Shown piece after piece: positions 40,685-52,873 of a stretch of DNA of 64,000 nucleotides (within the stretch, counting starts at the first letter, position 1; each line of letters starts with the position of its first letter). Below the pieces are notes generated by a model. That model was not told the DNA's origin. It was given only the letters and a program-made list of their open reading frames with translations, and made no database searches. Made by a program: the position numbers and the translations under genes. The stretch is from assembly GCA_021432655.1 (NCBI GenBank), contig MU271224.1, positions 25,084 to 89,083 on the forward strand, read 5' to 3'. The DNA is from Atractiella rhizophila (Eukaryota).

Positions 40685-41271
40685 ATTAACACAGTGTCAT
40701 GAAGGAGTGTACAAAGCCTTCACGGCACGAGGCAAACTCCTTTATAAGTGTGTAGGAGCATCCAGCAGGCCCAGAAGGCCTTCTTGCATGAAGATCCCAA
40801 CCACTTCCAACATGGAGGGTGTGATCAAGCTGGACCCACCTATTGAACCCAGAACTGAAAAGAAGGGGTCTATCCAATTCACACTAAAATAACGCAGATT
40901 CTGCACAACAGGGTGTTTTTGGCATATATTCAGACCTGTTCATACCATAGTTGCCCAAGAAGTACTTCCGCAGTAACAACCGCGGATTCTGGGAACAACT
41001 TCCTTCGCAGAATAACTCCTTCCTCCAGCCGCTCCAGATGGTCCAGATCGTCAACCTGCTCACCAGGCAGCACCGCATCCAGGAAACAACTTGAACGCAT
41101 CTGCTTCAAGGACCAATAACGTCAGATATTTCGATGATTAGGGTGCTGTCATGATGACGCAGTGAAAAGTCTGGGTAAAAGGGCCATGCTCTGGCTGAGC
41201 TTCCCTGTCACGGTCCTCTTCACTCCAAGACTCAGGAAATATTGATAAGTAGACAGCAAGGAAAGGAATCA

Positions 41272-41676
41272 ATGGACATGCTAAATTCCATCACTGGAAA
41301 GGATGAGAATCAAGGGAGGAATGAGGAGCCTCGCGAGTCTGGAGGAATGATGGACAAATTGAACAGTATGGCAGGAGGTGGACGTTCATCAGAGAAGAAC
41401 GAGGGTACGATAATTTGCAACTCAACTGTCGACCGGAAATTGAATGTGACCGCGTTTCTTAGACATGTTGGACAAAGGTGTCGACTTTGTGCAAGAGAGG
41501 ATGGGTGCAGGGGACCAGAGTAACGAGAGCGCGATTGAACAGGCGAAAGATGAGAGGATATCCGATGCCATTCGAGGTGGCTACAAGAACATGACCGGTC
41601 TGTAGCTGTTTCAGTGGGAGTGGCGTTGCTAATCGACAGAGCAGGAAGTGATTTCCCTGTCAAGGACAAGGAATAA
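41272..41676 (+). CDS. Small hydrophilic conserved fungal protein (stress-associated, hydrophilin-like)
   Basis: The spliced product reads MDMLNSITGKDE...GGGRSSEKNE|DMLDKGVDFVQERMGAGDQSNESAIEQAKDERISDAIRGGYKNMT|GSDFPVKDKE. Confidence 0.8.
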
Positions 41677-42078
41677 TCAGTCAAACGACAATGAAGGATG
41701 CAAGTCGCATGTACCACAAGTGTTGAATGAATGGTCGTGTATATCTGAGTCCATGTTCATGATGTTCAACTACGACACGGCTTGAACTACGTGGTAAGCA
41801 ATGAGTGAAAAGTAGACGCACATTCAAGCGTAGACGCACAAGGATCAGGATGCTGACATGCCGTGTTCTATGTCTCAAGACTTGAGGTCGAACTCTGCAG
41901 CTTCTTGTGTCCTTCTCCCCATCACGACCCGTCACAGGGGATATGATGCAGGGCATAGCTGTTGCTAAACCAGAATTACCTAGGAAGAGTGTGAGAACTG
42001 ACTGGCAGCACGAATAACTCACCAGCATACCATATTGGTGGTGAAGCCATATAAGCTTTTCATCAGCTTGATAGGGCT

Positions 42079-45000
42079 TCAGAACCCAGCCTTCCTCTTC
42101 TTCCTAGGTGGCGGTTTCCCTTCCGGTTGGCTGAACGGTCCCACTTGACTCTCGTTCTGGCTCTGAGAGAAGGCATGGATCGGGCCAACGGGCTGGGAGA
42201 AAGCGTTCGCACCATAGGATAGGGAGGGTTTGAACGGCCCTTGTGATTGTGACTGTTCCTCAAAAGTCGGCTTCCATGACCCATCCACCAGCGAAGTAGG
42301 TTTCCATAACCCTCCACTGCCATCCGAAACGGGTTGGGAGTATGTCGTCTTCGATATTTGACTCGCACTCCCAAAGGTAGGTAGCTCAGGTATCTTCAGC
42401 CCTAACGCGACTTCCTTCGGCATCTTTATAGGCTTTTTCGCCTCCGCAGCGCTCCTAACCCTCTCATCCACATACGGATCGTGGTACTTCCACACTTGAG
42501 GATTTCCTCCCACCGGCCAGGAAGACATGATCAGTTTCGCGGCAGGGGTTGAAGTGACAGACGGGTTGAAAAACTGATAGTGGATATCTGGCAGCTCCAT
42601 CCGCCCCCCCATTGATGACTCCACAGGCGCATTGTCCTCCTTGTTCAAGAGGGGAACAAAAGAAGTCCTGGAGAGCATGACGTCGTTGCAAAGTTCACGT
42701 ATAGAGTTTGCAAGCAGTTCTTCGTCCTCATCGAAATGCGTAGGGCCAAGAGTCTCGATGAAGGATCCCTCGTCGGGATTCGGAAGGTAGGGAGCCGCAG
42801 AAGTCGTAAGAGAGGACTCCCAGCCAAGTTCACCGGCGACTGATTGGAGTGATCCTTGGGCTGATTTGATGTCGTCGATGCTTGACGGAATGGGGAGGAA
42901 GGGAAAGATATCTTCTCTGCCGAATGATGCTTTCTTTTGTTTGTAAAGAGCAAGGACCTCCCCACTTTTTCAGGTAAGCTGAACGTTTCATGCTAGTAAA
43001 GAAACGAACCCCGTGAAGACCGTTCCTTCAGCCTTCAAAGCTTGTAGAAGCTCTTCACTGCGATCAAACTTAAAGTTCATCTTTCCCAAAGGCATGAGAA
43101 ATGACGAACCCAGTCCTCCCCTCCTCCTCCATACTCACACCCATTTTCTCCGCACTCCACTCTACGCCAAACAGTTCGTCATAAACCAAGCTGACGTCGG
43201 CTGCCCTTTGTTTCCCTTTCGAAATATCATTGTAGTCTTCACTGAAGGTTTCCTCAAGCCTCGCTTTTGCGAGTCTCTCCACATCGGGCGACCACACTAC
43301 CCGTTCCTCCTTCCCGACCTCATGTCCTCCCTGCGGTTCAAACGCACGAGAGGAAAATATCGTTTGGTACACCGCTCCGTCATCCCAAGCCTCAAAAATC
43401 ATTGTCGCATTCCCTCCTCTGACCTCCTCTAGCGGTACACAAGTCACTCCGCTCCTCCTCGGCTTTTCATAATGCTCTAGCAAGAACGGACGCTCTGCTG
43501 CGAATGTCTCGAGAAGGTACGGGTCAGATTCGAGCTTGATCACTTCTTCTATTCCGGAACCAGTTCCCAAAACTGTAGAGATATCGAAGGCAACCATTGC
43601 GCCGTCGGACGGATAGAGCAAGATATGTCCTTTGCCATTTTCCATCGTAGCGACGGGATGTATACCCCAATTGGTCCTAGATGTGGAGCACATTCCGCCT
43701 ATAGATGCGAAATCCCACCCTGAGACAGGGCGAGAGCTGTTGCGGGAGTCGATGAAGAGGATGCCGGTCGTCGTGGCGAGAGCAAGGCTCGTCGGGGTAT
43801 TGGAGGGGACGAGGGAGAGGCCTGTGGTCCTCGTCACTGATGCAGATGAAGACTTCGACTTCCTTTTCGAATGCGGAGACGCGGTAGAAGGGATAACAAA
43901 AAGTGAGTTCGGTTTGGAGCTCTGTAGTTCACGTTTTGTTTTGTCCAGGTGTACTTGGGGGTGGATTAGAATGAAAGACGGACCCGAGCATCCCAGAGCT
44001 TCACAACTGTCTCATCCGCATATATGGCACGTTCCATCCCACCATTGCCCCCTTCTTCCGTAAATGAAGGTAGCGCAATCCACCTCCTCCCCCGCTCGCC
44101 TTTTTCTTTCCACAGCCGCTCCGTCTCACCAGTCCTATGCGTCACAGCGATATACCACTCAGCTCTTAAATCCTGAACAAAGCGGAACTAGCATACACCG
44201 CGTCCCCTCTCCACAACCCTCCATACTCGGTAACGAACACGACCTCTCTCCCTCCCCGTCCTGGCACAAAACCAAAGTCCGTCATCCTCCCTCCACCTTC
44301 CCCTTCAGGTGAATGTATCGTTGTCTTCATAGACGAGCGGGAGAAGACGAATATCAAGGAATTATGCGTCCTCGCTCCGACAACGAACCTCCTGACGTTC
44401 CCCTCACCATCCTCATCCAGCTCCCCATCGTCCGACCTCCCTTCTTCCTGATCCATAACAGGGATATATTCGTCTACGAGCAACTGCTCGATCCTTGTCT
44501 GCAGCGTCGTCTGCGGCCTCGCTCTCGGAACGAAGGTAGGGAGTCCACTGACGGATGAAGTAGAATCGAAGAGTGTGACATAGAGCTCGTTGCCCACCCG
44601 TCCTCCTGCATACGCGAGGAGGTACCTCCCGAAAGCACTATATGACGATATCGTATTTCCCCAGTAATCTCCAAAGCCACAACCTGGTATCACGTCATCA
44701 GCGAAGAAAGAGTCTGGCGACGGCAGTATCGTGGAGAGAAGCAGGTGTTGGGGGATGGAGAGATCAGAGTGGTGTTTCACCAGGAACCGTGCCTGTTATA
44801 TCCCACCAGTGCAGGTGGCAGTCAGCATATCGATTTGCGGCAGGGACGGAAAATGAGTCGCCCACCATCTCTCGTTGCAGTCTCACCGCATCAGTATCTG
44901 CCGGTCTAGGGACGTAGAGAATTGGCGCGATGGTTGGCGGGAAGACATTCAGGGTGGGAAGCAGTCGACGGAGAGAGGTTCCTGCATGTAAAATGGATTA

Positions 45001-45504
45001 GGCTCCGCGACCGTTTCAAGAAAGGAAGACAGAGGAGGGTATCAAGCAAGAGTACATAAGCCCCATCTTGGTTTTTGGATATGATACTTTGCTCTGTATA
45101 AGGCAGCGCCGCGGGCATACCCACAGATCCCAACGTTCCATCAATTGAAGCTCAGAATGGTTGTGCACTTAGGGAACAGCAGCCATAACGTCTAGAACAG
45201 AGGGTATTAAATGTGCCCTTCAAAGACATTGATATTTGTCGAGAAAGCAGAGAGTATCTAAAAGGGTGCACCTTGTATCGTTTTGACGGAAAGATAGGAT
45301 AGCAAGGAACAGCCAAGAGAGTCACTCACCCTCCACCCTTTCCACCGTAGTCCTTCCGTATTCCCACTCTGGCACGCCTGCCTGACCACTACCTCTGCTC
45401 TTCAGCCTCAAGTGAGGATACTGCTCCCTTATCTCTTGCTGCCTCACGTCCAAAATCGCAGACCCAATGGAGCCATAAGTCAAAAGCGTAGAAGGGTGGG
45501 TCAT
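42079..45504 (-). CDS. RRN6: RNA polymerase I core factor subunit Rrn6/TAF1C-like
   Basis: N-terminal LTYGSIGSA, beta-propeller-like middle region, SSWPVGGNP..WKY, SQ-rich tail ending KKRKAGF, as in fungal Rrn6. Confidence 0.72.
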
Positions 45505-45818
45505 CGCATCTTCGCCTGCCGTGTTTAGCTGTCGGGGTATGTCTATTTGGGCTGAACGGGAAGTTCTGATACGCCAAATGAACACCGCAGAAACGTGGCA
45601 GAAAATATGGGAAGGAGGAGCCGCCAAAGAAAGAAGAAGAAGTTGGGTTCAAACTTTTACGAAATGCGGACGCGGCCTTCCATGCAAACAGCGGAGAGAT
45701 TCCCGACACGAAACCTTGGCTTTTTGAGCAATAATGTGGATATAATCTCTGGAAATTCAATTCTCTATGTGAACGCATATATCTGTGGACACTTTTCTGA
45801 GGCAATCTGAAGCAAGAA

Positions 45819-47274
45819 TTAATTCTTGAGCACATATCGATACCTGTAGAGAGTTTGTTCAGACTGCCAACTTTGAGAGCTTGAATGTTACCTCGGTTTG
45901 CCTAGTTCCACGTCCTTCAAGGCATGCTCGATATCTTTCATATCGCGTACTTCCGTCCACGGTCTAATATTATGCTCGGCAACAAAGTGCAACATCTCCC
46001 TGATTCCAATAATGACATTTAGTGCTAATGCAATCTCAGGCTCACAGAGGGCTCACGATATCATTTGTGGCGAACCAATCAGCGTCCCAGTCAGGCTGAT
46101 ACCCTGGAGGAAAGCCTGCCCATAAACGGCTGGTAGCTTCTCTTCTGGAAGTCCCGCGATAACGAAGGAACCAAAAGGTTTCAGGAGTTTGAAGAAGAGG
46201 GATTCTAACGGCATTCCCTTGCCAGGTGTCGTGGACAGGATCATGTCGAATGACTTCAGGGAACTGGCGAGCGTCTCTTCGTGCTTCGAATAGTTGATAT
46301 AGTGGTCCTGATAATCATCATTCGTTGGCAAGGGAAGATAGAGTGGGTGAAAATAACGTGCTTCGTCGATCCCCAGTTTAGCACAATCCTCACGTTTCCG
46401 ATCGCTCGAAGACAAAGCATAGGTGTCAGCTCCCATCGCTTTCGAGAACAAGAGGGCGAGGTGTCCCAAACCACCTGCCGAAGTGGTCTCAGTCTGACTG
46501 AAGGCAGGAAACCTCAAGAGGAGGGACTCACCAATCCCAATGATTCCGATCTTCTTGCCTGGTCCAGCTTCGAATCGCTTCAGGGGAGACCAAACAGTCA
46601 CACCTGCGCAGAAGAAAGGAGCGGCCTCTTCATTCGTTAGTGACTCTGGAAGTTTCACCGCGAAGGCCCCTTTCGTCCTCATAAAGTCGGCAAAACCGCC
46701 TTGCGCTACCGTACCATCTTCAAAGACACCTTGCATGGTCTCCTCTAATTGAAAAATTTAATATGGAAGGTAAGGAGGCAGAGACGAAACATACGCATTC
46801 CTTTCTCACAGTATTGGGTGTACCCACTCTTGCAGAAGCTACACTCGAGGCATGACCAAGCTTGGTACCCCTAAAACGATCTGTCAACTTGGAGTTGAAT
46901 CAAGGAGCAAAATGTAACATACTACTCCAACACGATCCCCTATCGAGTGCGTAGTATTCTTTCCAGCCTCGACAACGACTCCGGTTATTTCATGGCCGCA
47001 AATGCAAGGATAGGATTGCGGCATCGTATCCTTCCAGCCATTGGTTAACTGATGCACATCCGTTGCGCAGATGCTGATTTGCAAACAAGTATGTTAATGT
47101 TGATCAACGCCGCGACAGTAAAAGAAAGGCGTACCTGCAATGCGTCACCTTGATGGTTACATCGTCTTCCTCAAACTTCTTCGGACGGAAAGACCACGGC
47201 TTCAGGCTGAGCTTCTTCCCTTCCTCTTCAGTGAGTGCGGCGTAACCTGTAAACTTCTCCGGAACATGCGACAT
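45819..47274 (-). CDS. Zn-dependent NADP alcohol dehydrogenase (cinnamyl/ADH6-like)
   Basis: HCSICATDVH, CGHEITG, structural Zn cysteines C.EC..C......YC, APFFCAGVTVWSPL, GIGGLGHL, terminal RYRYVLKN. Confidence 0.95.
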
Positions 47275-50021
47275 CTTTGATAGGGATTTGAGTCTTTTGC
47301 AGATGAAAGCTGAGTGCTGAGTTGTTGTGATGATGAGGAAAGTCTTCCTGCACAATGTCACATATATATGATGTCTCTCCTGCGGCGCAAGTCAGCATAT
47401 CCGGACAGCCTGCAAAACGACCTCAGAAGAAAGATGTTACTGTCAGGAGACATCTTCCGCGCTTCCCCCTCCGTGGACCATCGGCAGAGGTGGTGCGAGA
47501 GACGAGAAGATATCAGTGGTGCAGTGGAGCTACGCTGAACCGCTGGAACCACTGTCGGGCTCCACTACTACAAAACCGGCTAGGATGTGCCGTCACAAAA
47601 CGTGGTGCCGTATGGAGCCTCTACAGCCACATCTCCTGCTGTTACGACTGTAGTTGAGTAATCGGAACTGTAGAGGGCTACTCTCCACTTTTGCCTCCAA
47701 ACCTAATAACTGTAACGTATACGTAACTCAAGCAAATATGTCAGAAACACCACAGTAAATAGAGAAACAATTACTACGCAACAGCAAACTCCAGCTGGTA
47801 CGGTTTGACACCTTTTCAATTGCGCCGACGGTACCGTCGAAATGAAGAAGCCTTTTGTCAGGAGAACCAGACCATGCGCAATTGTGTGCACTGCATACGT
47901 ATATACCAGAACTTTCTCCAAAATATCCTCAATTATGATAGTTCAAAAGGCAAAGCGTCATTAGGAATTAACGTTGGTAGCGTCTGCATCGGAAGCAAAT
48001 TCCGAAAGGGGGCTAAGCAATGGAATGAGTGCAACTCCCAAACTTGTACTACAGGACAGGGTGCAAGTAACTGGTGACTCTCGAGCCAGTAAGAGCGGAA
48101 ATCTGAATTCAAAATTCTCAAGGCTATATTCAGTTACAAGTCACTGCGTTCTTATCCAGCAGTCGAGCAAACCATCTAGTCTCAGTTGCGGCAAATGTAC
48201 TGTAATTTGATCCGCTGGAATCAAGCCACTTGTATGAAGCAGTATACCACATTGAATTCGTAATGATCCTGAGTTAACGAGCATCACCCGGGAATCGAGA
48301 ATTCAGTCCGACATGTACAGACACTTCTCTGCAACAACTACATACAGGAAGCAAGCAAGCATCAGAGAATTGTGACTTCACGGATCTCCTTCTTCAGCTG
48401 CTTTTGCAAAGCGTAGATCGCTTCAGGAAGTCTGACATGCACGAGGAGAAGAACCTTCAAGTTTTGAAAGTATACGTCGGAGGTGCTTCTCCGAGCCATA
48501 CGTACTACATAAAAGATCCTATAACTTGAAGAGCTTCCAACCCTTTCTTTGGTCTGCTCTCTCTTCAACGACATAGATCAAATAGTGAGGGCTCGGTTTG
48601 GAACACTGGTCAGCTTTAAGCTTTTGAAAGAACAGAAAAAGTCCCAAAATAAAGGACGAGTAGGTCGAGAATGTGGTATGAGTATTAGTATATTAATAAC
48701 AAAACACTGAAGTCTTGTCTGCAATTCAAGGTTTGTCTCCGATTATATAATCATGCATGGTAACAACAGGTTTTTTGTGCGACTTTGAAAGTTAGTTGAA
48801 GTCAACAACAAATCTTGAAGCTTTATGCTTGAGCCGGGGCTCGACAGAATTGAAGGTGTGTTCCTTAGCAGCATTCATCAAAGAATTGAGTCTCAGAGTT
48901 TTATGCCATTGATGAGGTGCTTTTCCAATACGGTGTGCTGTCGATTAATGCACCTTATTCTGTTTGCTGTACAAAGAATTGATTTGAAATCATCAAAACG
49001 ATGGGCAGATGGGCTGGACGGAGCGAACTTGTTTGAGGTCATGAAAGTTCGATAACTAGTTTTTCGCAATAAATTAATTCTACGACTGATTTATGGATAT
49101 CAAATTGTGCTTTTATTGTTAGAGTACACAAAGGGGTGTGAAAGAAGTGATTGGAGCACGTGTGATTATGCACGTCAGAATGGAAACAATCCTCGAAAGC
49201 AAGTGAATGTGAAACAACAAAGAAAGATCCTTTGACTTGGAGTTCTTGTAAGCGGTTCAATCATGGATCTGATCTAGATACTCGCAGCAATGCGTGCAAT
49301 AGGCGCGCCCTGTAACAGATGGTCAGTCCAATTATGCGCACAGGCTATCTATTGTCTGTCCGAGACAGGGGCCGTACCGTCATAAAGTGTAGTACTTCCT
49401 GAAGCCACAGCTGCAATACAGGAATTGCATTCGTGTTTTTTCCTCATTTCTTCTTCGAACCTCTCCTTCTCCCTACGCGTGAATAGTCATTAAGCTAGCC
49501 TTTCAATGTGTAAGGTGTAATTAGAGGAATTTACCTCAGGTTCTCTCCCCTTGCCATAGCAATGAGTGCTTCAGCGACAATCCTAGTATCGTCTGCCTGC
49601 CTTCAAAGAAGTCAAGGTTTGCTGAGGCTATGGATGGAGTAAACCTACTTTATCTGCTTCTTCCATTCATTCCTAGTCGTGGTTTTCGACATTCTTCTGT
49701 CACTGCTAGTGGCCATTGATACAACTTCCTCCGTTGTTGAAGCGTGGCGTGGCAACAAGGGAAGCGAGCATTAGTGAATTCGGGCGGACGATATTGTTAT
49801 AGGCTTATGTCTCACAATGTCATACTTTTATATTTATGTTTAATTTCATGACGGACTTAGCGGGTCATTTCTGGATATGTATTTTGGCGTCGATGCTTTG
49901 TGTCATGAAACAGAATCCACTGTGATCGTTACAATGTTCGTTAGCAAGATATTTGAACTTGAATTCGGAATATTACCATCAGCTCACATTCTGTGCTTTG
50001 ACCAGGTAATTCAAGACGACA

Positions 50022-50807
50022 ATGTCCTCTCCTAGCACCTCTGTGGATCCCTCAACTTCGACAGCAGCAGGTCAAACGTCGGACCGTAGTGTCAGTGGCT
50101 CTATTCCATCCAACTTACACCTCGACAAATGCCTCGCCCTGGAATCCCATCGTAGTCTGCTTCACACCATCACACCCACCCTTTCCTCAGCCCTCTATAT
50201 CTCCTGTCGCTCCCCATCATCCCCATCCTTGCGAAATACGGCATTTCCACTCCCTCCCGATTTGCTTCCAGTCCCGCGTTGGACCATTGGAGATGAGATT
50301 TCTGCCATTTTGGATCGCGAGAAAGCCGATGATGATGGTGGTGCGACAGACGAGGAAGTGATATTGGAGGCAGTTACCAGCCTCAATAGGATGTTGCGTC
50401 GATTAGGAGAAGTCGGGTCGGTGACCGGGGGAGGGAGGAAGAGGAAGCGCCGCACAAAGAGCTGTGACGAACAGGCTGGGGAGGGTGAGGGAACAGAAAG
50501 CGAAGGAGACGAAGGTGCCGGAGAAGCAGAAGATGATGGAGAACCAAACGACAACGACAACACTAATGTTTTGAGCGAGACTCCTGGACGAAAGGGAAAG
50601 CGAAAGCCTCTTTTGAAAAGGTGGGATGATGTGTTGCTGGCCTTGAGTGGTACTATACCAAAACAGTACAGCCCATTTCTCTTTCTATTCCTTGGACTAA
50701 AGTGGTTGTGTAGGGTGCTGTGGCGGTCATTGCAGAGGCTAGAACGCCAGTTTGAACCCGTGGAAGAGCAGAAGCGAAGACTCGTGTTGATCGAACAAGA
50801 GAAATAG
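50022..50807 (+). CDS. Rrn9-like protein (RNA polymerase I upstream activation factor subunit)
   Basis: LSSALY...TAFPLPPDLLPVP resembles the Rrn9 LS.HLY...WTAWP..P..VP motif. RWDDVL...VLWRSLQRLERQF resembles the C-terminal W.DVL...RA..RC..LF motif. An NLS-like RKRKRR is present. Confidence 0.55.
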   Translation: MSSPSTSVDPSTSTAAGQTSDRSVSGSIPSNLHLDKCLALESHRSLLHTITPTLSSALYISCRSPSSPSLRNTAFPLPPDLLPVPRWTIGDEISAILDREKADDDGGATDEEVILEAVTSLNRMLRRLGEVGSVTGGGRKRKRRTKSCDEQAGEGEGTESEGDEGAGEAEDDGEPNDNDNTNVLSETPGRKGKRKPLLKRWDDVLLALSGTIPKQYSPFLFLFLGLKWLCRVLWRSLQRLERQFEPVEEQKRRLVLIEQEK

Positions 50808-50940
50808 ATTTGTTTTGTTGAAGGAGAGAATCTCGCTGCAACAATGGACCCTCGTCCAATAAACCGGACACTTCAGCGAGAAACCTCCTTGTCCATTATT
50901 CCCAAACAACAACAGACTACTTTGCAAGCCAAAGGCTGAA

Positions 50941-52436
50941 TCAAGTCGACGAGAGCCGCATAACAAAGTCACCCAAAACTACACATGTTAATTCTTTTGC
51001 ATGTTCGAAAACGCGGACCTTTTGGAATCGATACCCTGCAAGAGGTTTAGAAGAACAGTGGGGGAGTAAATTGAAAAGAACACTCGCATCAAGCATGTAT
51101 CCATCTACATTTCCGCTGGGTTCAGCCGTATCCTCACCCCTCTGCATTGAAATCACATCCACCCGAATGCCACCACTGAGAGAGGTTCTTCCAGTATTTG
51201 TGGAGACGGAAACGTTGGAACGTTTTGGTCGAGTACCCGCCTTGGAAGGCCGCGAGTTCGAAGGATTAGATGAGCTGGGTAAGCTGCGCTTCCAAGTAGA
51301 TCGGATGTTTAGAGTGAAGATGACTGAAAGGGCGTACGTGTGCGTAAGCTGAAGTAAAAAGATCACGAATATGTTGTTCCTGGACCGGGATTGTCAGCGT
51401 TTGCTAGCAGCTGAGAAAGAAACTGACTTCGAAGCGAAAACAGCCGAAAAAATGGCATCAAGAATTGCCATGAGTGATGTTAGAGCAGCCGTGGTCAATG
51501 ACAGCTGGATGAGTTTGAGTAGCAGATTATCAGTGCTGTGTTATAATTAGATAACGTCCGCAGGGAACTTGCAAAATGTGGTACGTCGCATTGAACCCAT
51601 GCCGTGTTTTCGAAACATTCCAGGCCAATAAGGCAGATATCGCAAGGTCTGTAACAGCGGTCGACCAGACCCTAGGCTATCGCTTAGTAAAGAGAAAACA
51701 AGAGCTTGTAGGCTTACCACAAATAGAGCGTGACTTGGATCTTTTTTGTCAACTCAGCCGTCTTCGTTGGATTGGCCAGAGATTTAAAAAGGACTTGTAC
51801 AAGAGCCCAGTTGACAACGCCGCTAACAAAAGGAAATGATATGAAAATCAAAAGAATCAGGCCGATCCCACGCTTCTTATTCAGAAATCCCCAACAGCTA
51901 CGGCAGAGGGTCAAAATGATTTGATAAAAGAAGAGGGAAACAAGCACCGATAGGCAAAGAATGTTTGCGCTAAAAGCTTCAAAGATGGGGATTAGTGGCC
52001 ATTGCATGATTATAGAGAATGAGCATACGGCAGAGAAGACAGGTGTAAGAAAGACCCACGGCTGAATACGCGGTGCCTTTCGGACAGCTGCATCGTTGTC
52101 CCTTCCATTGATGAGATAATGCCAACAGAGACCAAATGTTACCCCCGCAGTTGAGATCGACAAGACGAGCACTCCTCCAACTAGAAGGCGTAAGATCCAT
52201 CGTTCCTATACAAGCGAGATTAGCCAAGTACAATGAAATGGAGATACATCTTACGTTGGGGTAGTGGTAGTAAAATGCACCTCCCTGCAGGATGACTATT
52301 CCAACGAGTGCTGCTGATAATAGACCTGGTTCCAAGGTTGTCAATATGTTGGGTGCATGTCAAAAGAAACGAACAGACCTCCGATCAACCATGGTCCAAG
52401 TAAATTGGCTGCGTTAATTGGTGGAAAAGATGACAT
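50941..52436 (-). CDS. DUF6534-type multi-pass membrane protein
   Basis: LLGPWLIGG, LVGIVILQG..YY.HYPND, TTAALTSLMAI, YALSVIFTLNIR. Confidence 0.8.
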
Positions 52437-52873
52437 GACGCCTGGTCACGGGAAGAGGTGAAGCAACCTGGTGGTCTTACGACCTCTTATAAAGATCATA
52501 AAGAATGGAGAGCACAGCTGAGAGTAATTCGACTTCGTCAACTATCGTATACCTTTGCAACCACAAGTCTTCTCCACTTTGTTTCAACACAAGATTTGTG
52601 GTGCGGATAAGGAAGCAAATTGGTGCTCTATGAAGCTGCAGAGAGCTAACTTCCACCTGCTGTGTCAGGGTTCCAGGATTGAATCTTCTTATTTAATAAG
52701 GAAGCGCGAGAAGAGATGAGGAGTGTTGGGAATACGTGGAAGAAGTAGTGGAACGGTCGAGTTTAGTGGAGTAAAAGAACTACTTTGCAATTTCATCGGG
52801 TAACAAGAATCAAGCTGATAGAATGTAATTCAGCAATTGGGTGACGAAGGGATAGAAACATACATTAATGTAC

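Noticed and set aside
43070..43140. Apparent frameshift in the RRN6-like gene
   Set aside because: Resolved by a 58-nt GTGAGT...AAG intron joining EKMG to MNFKF in frame.
47700..49900. Short ORFs in the AT-richer intergenic stretch
   Set aside because: No motifs, terminal repeats or RNA-gene signatures I could support.
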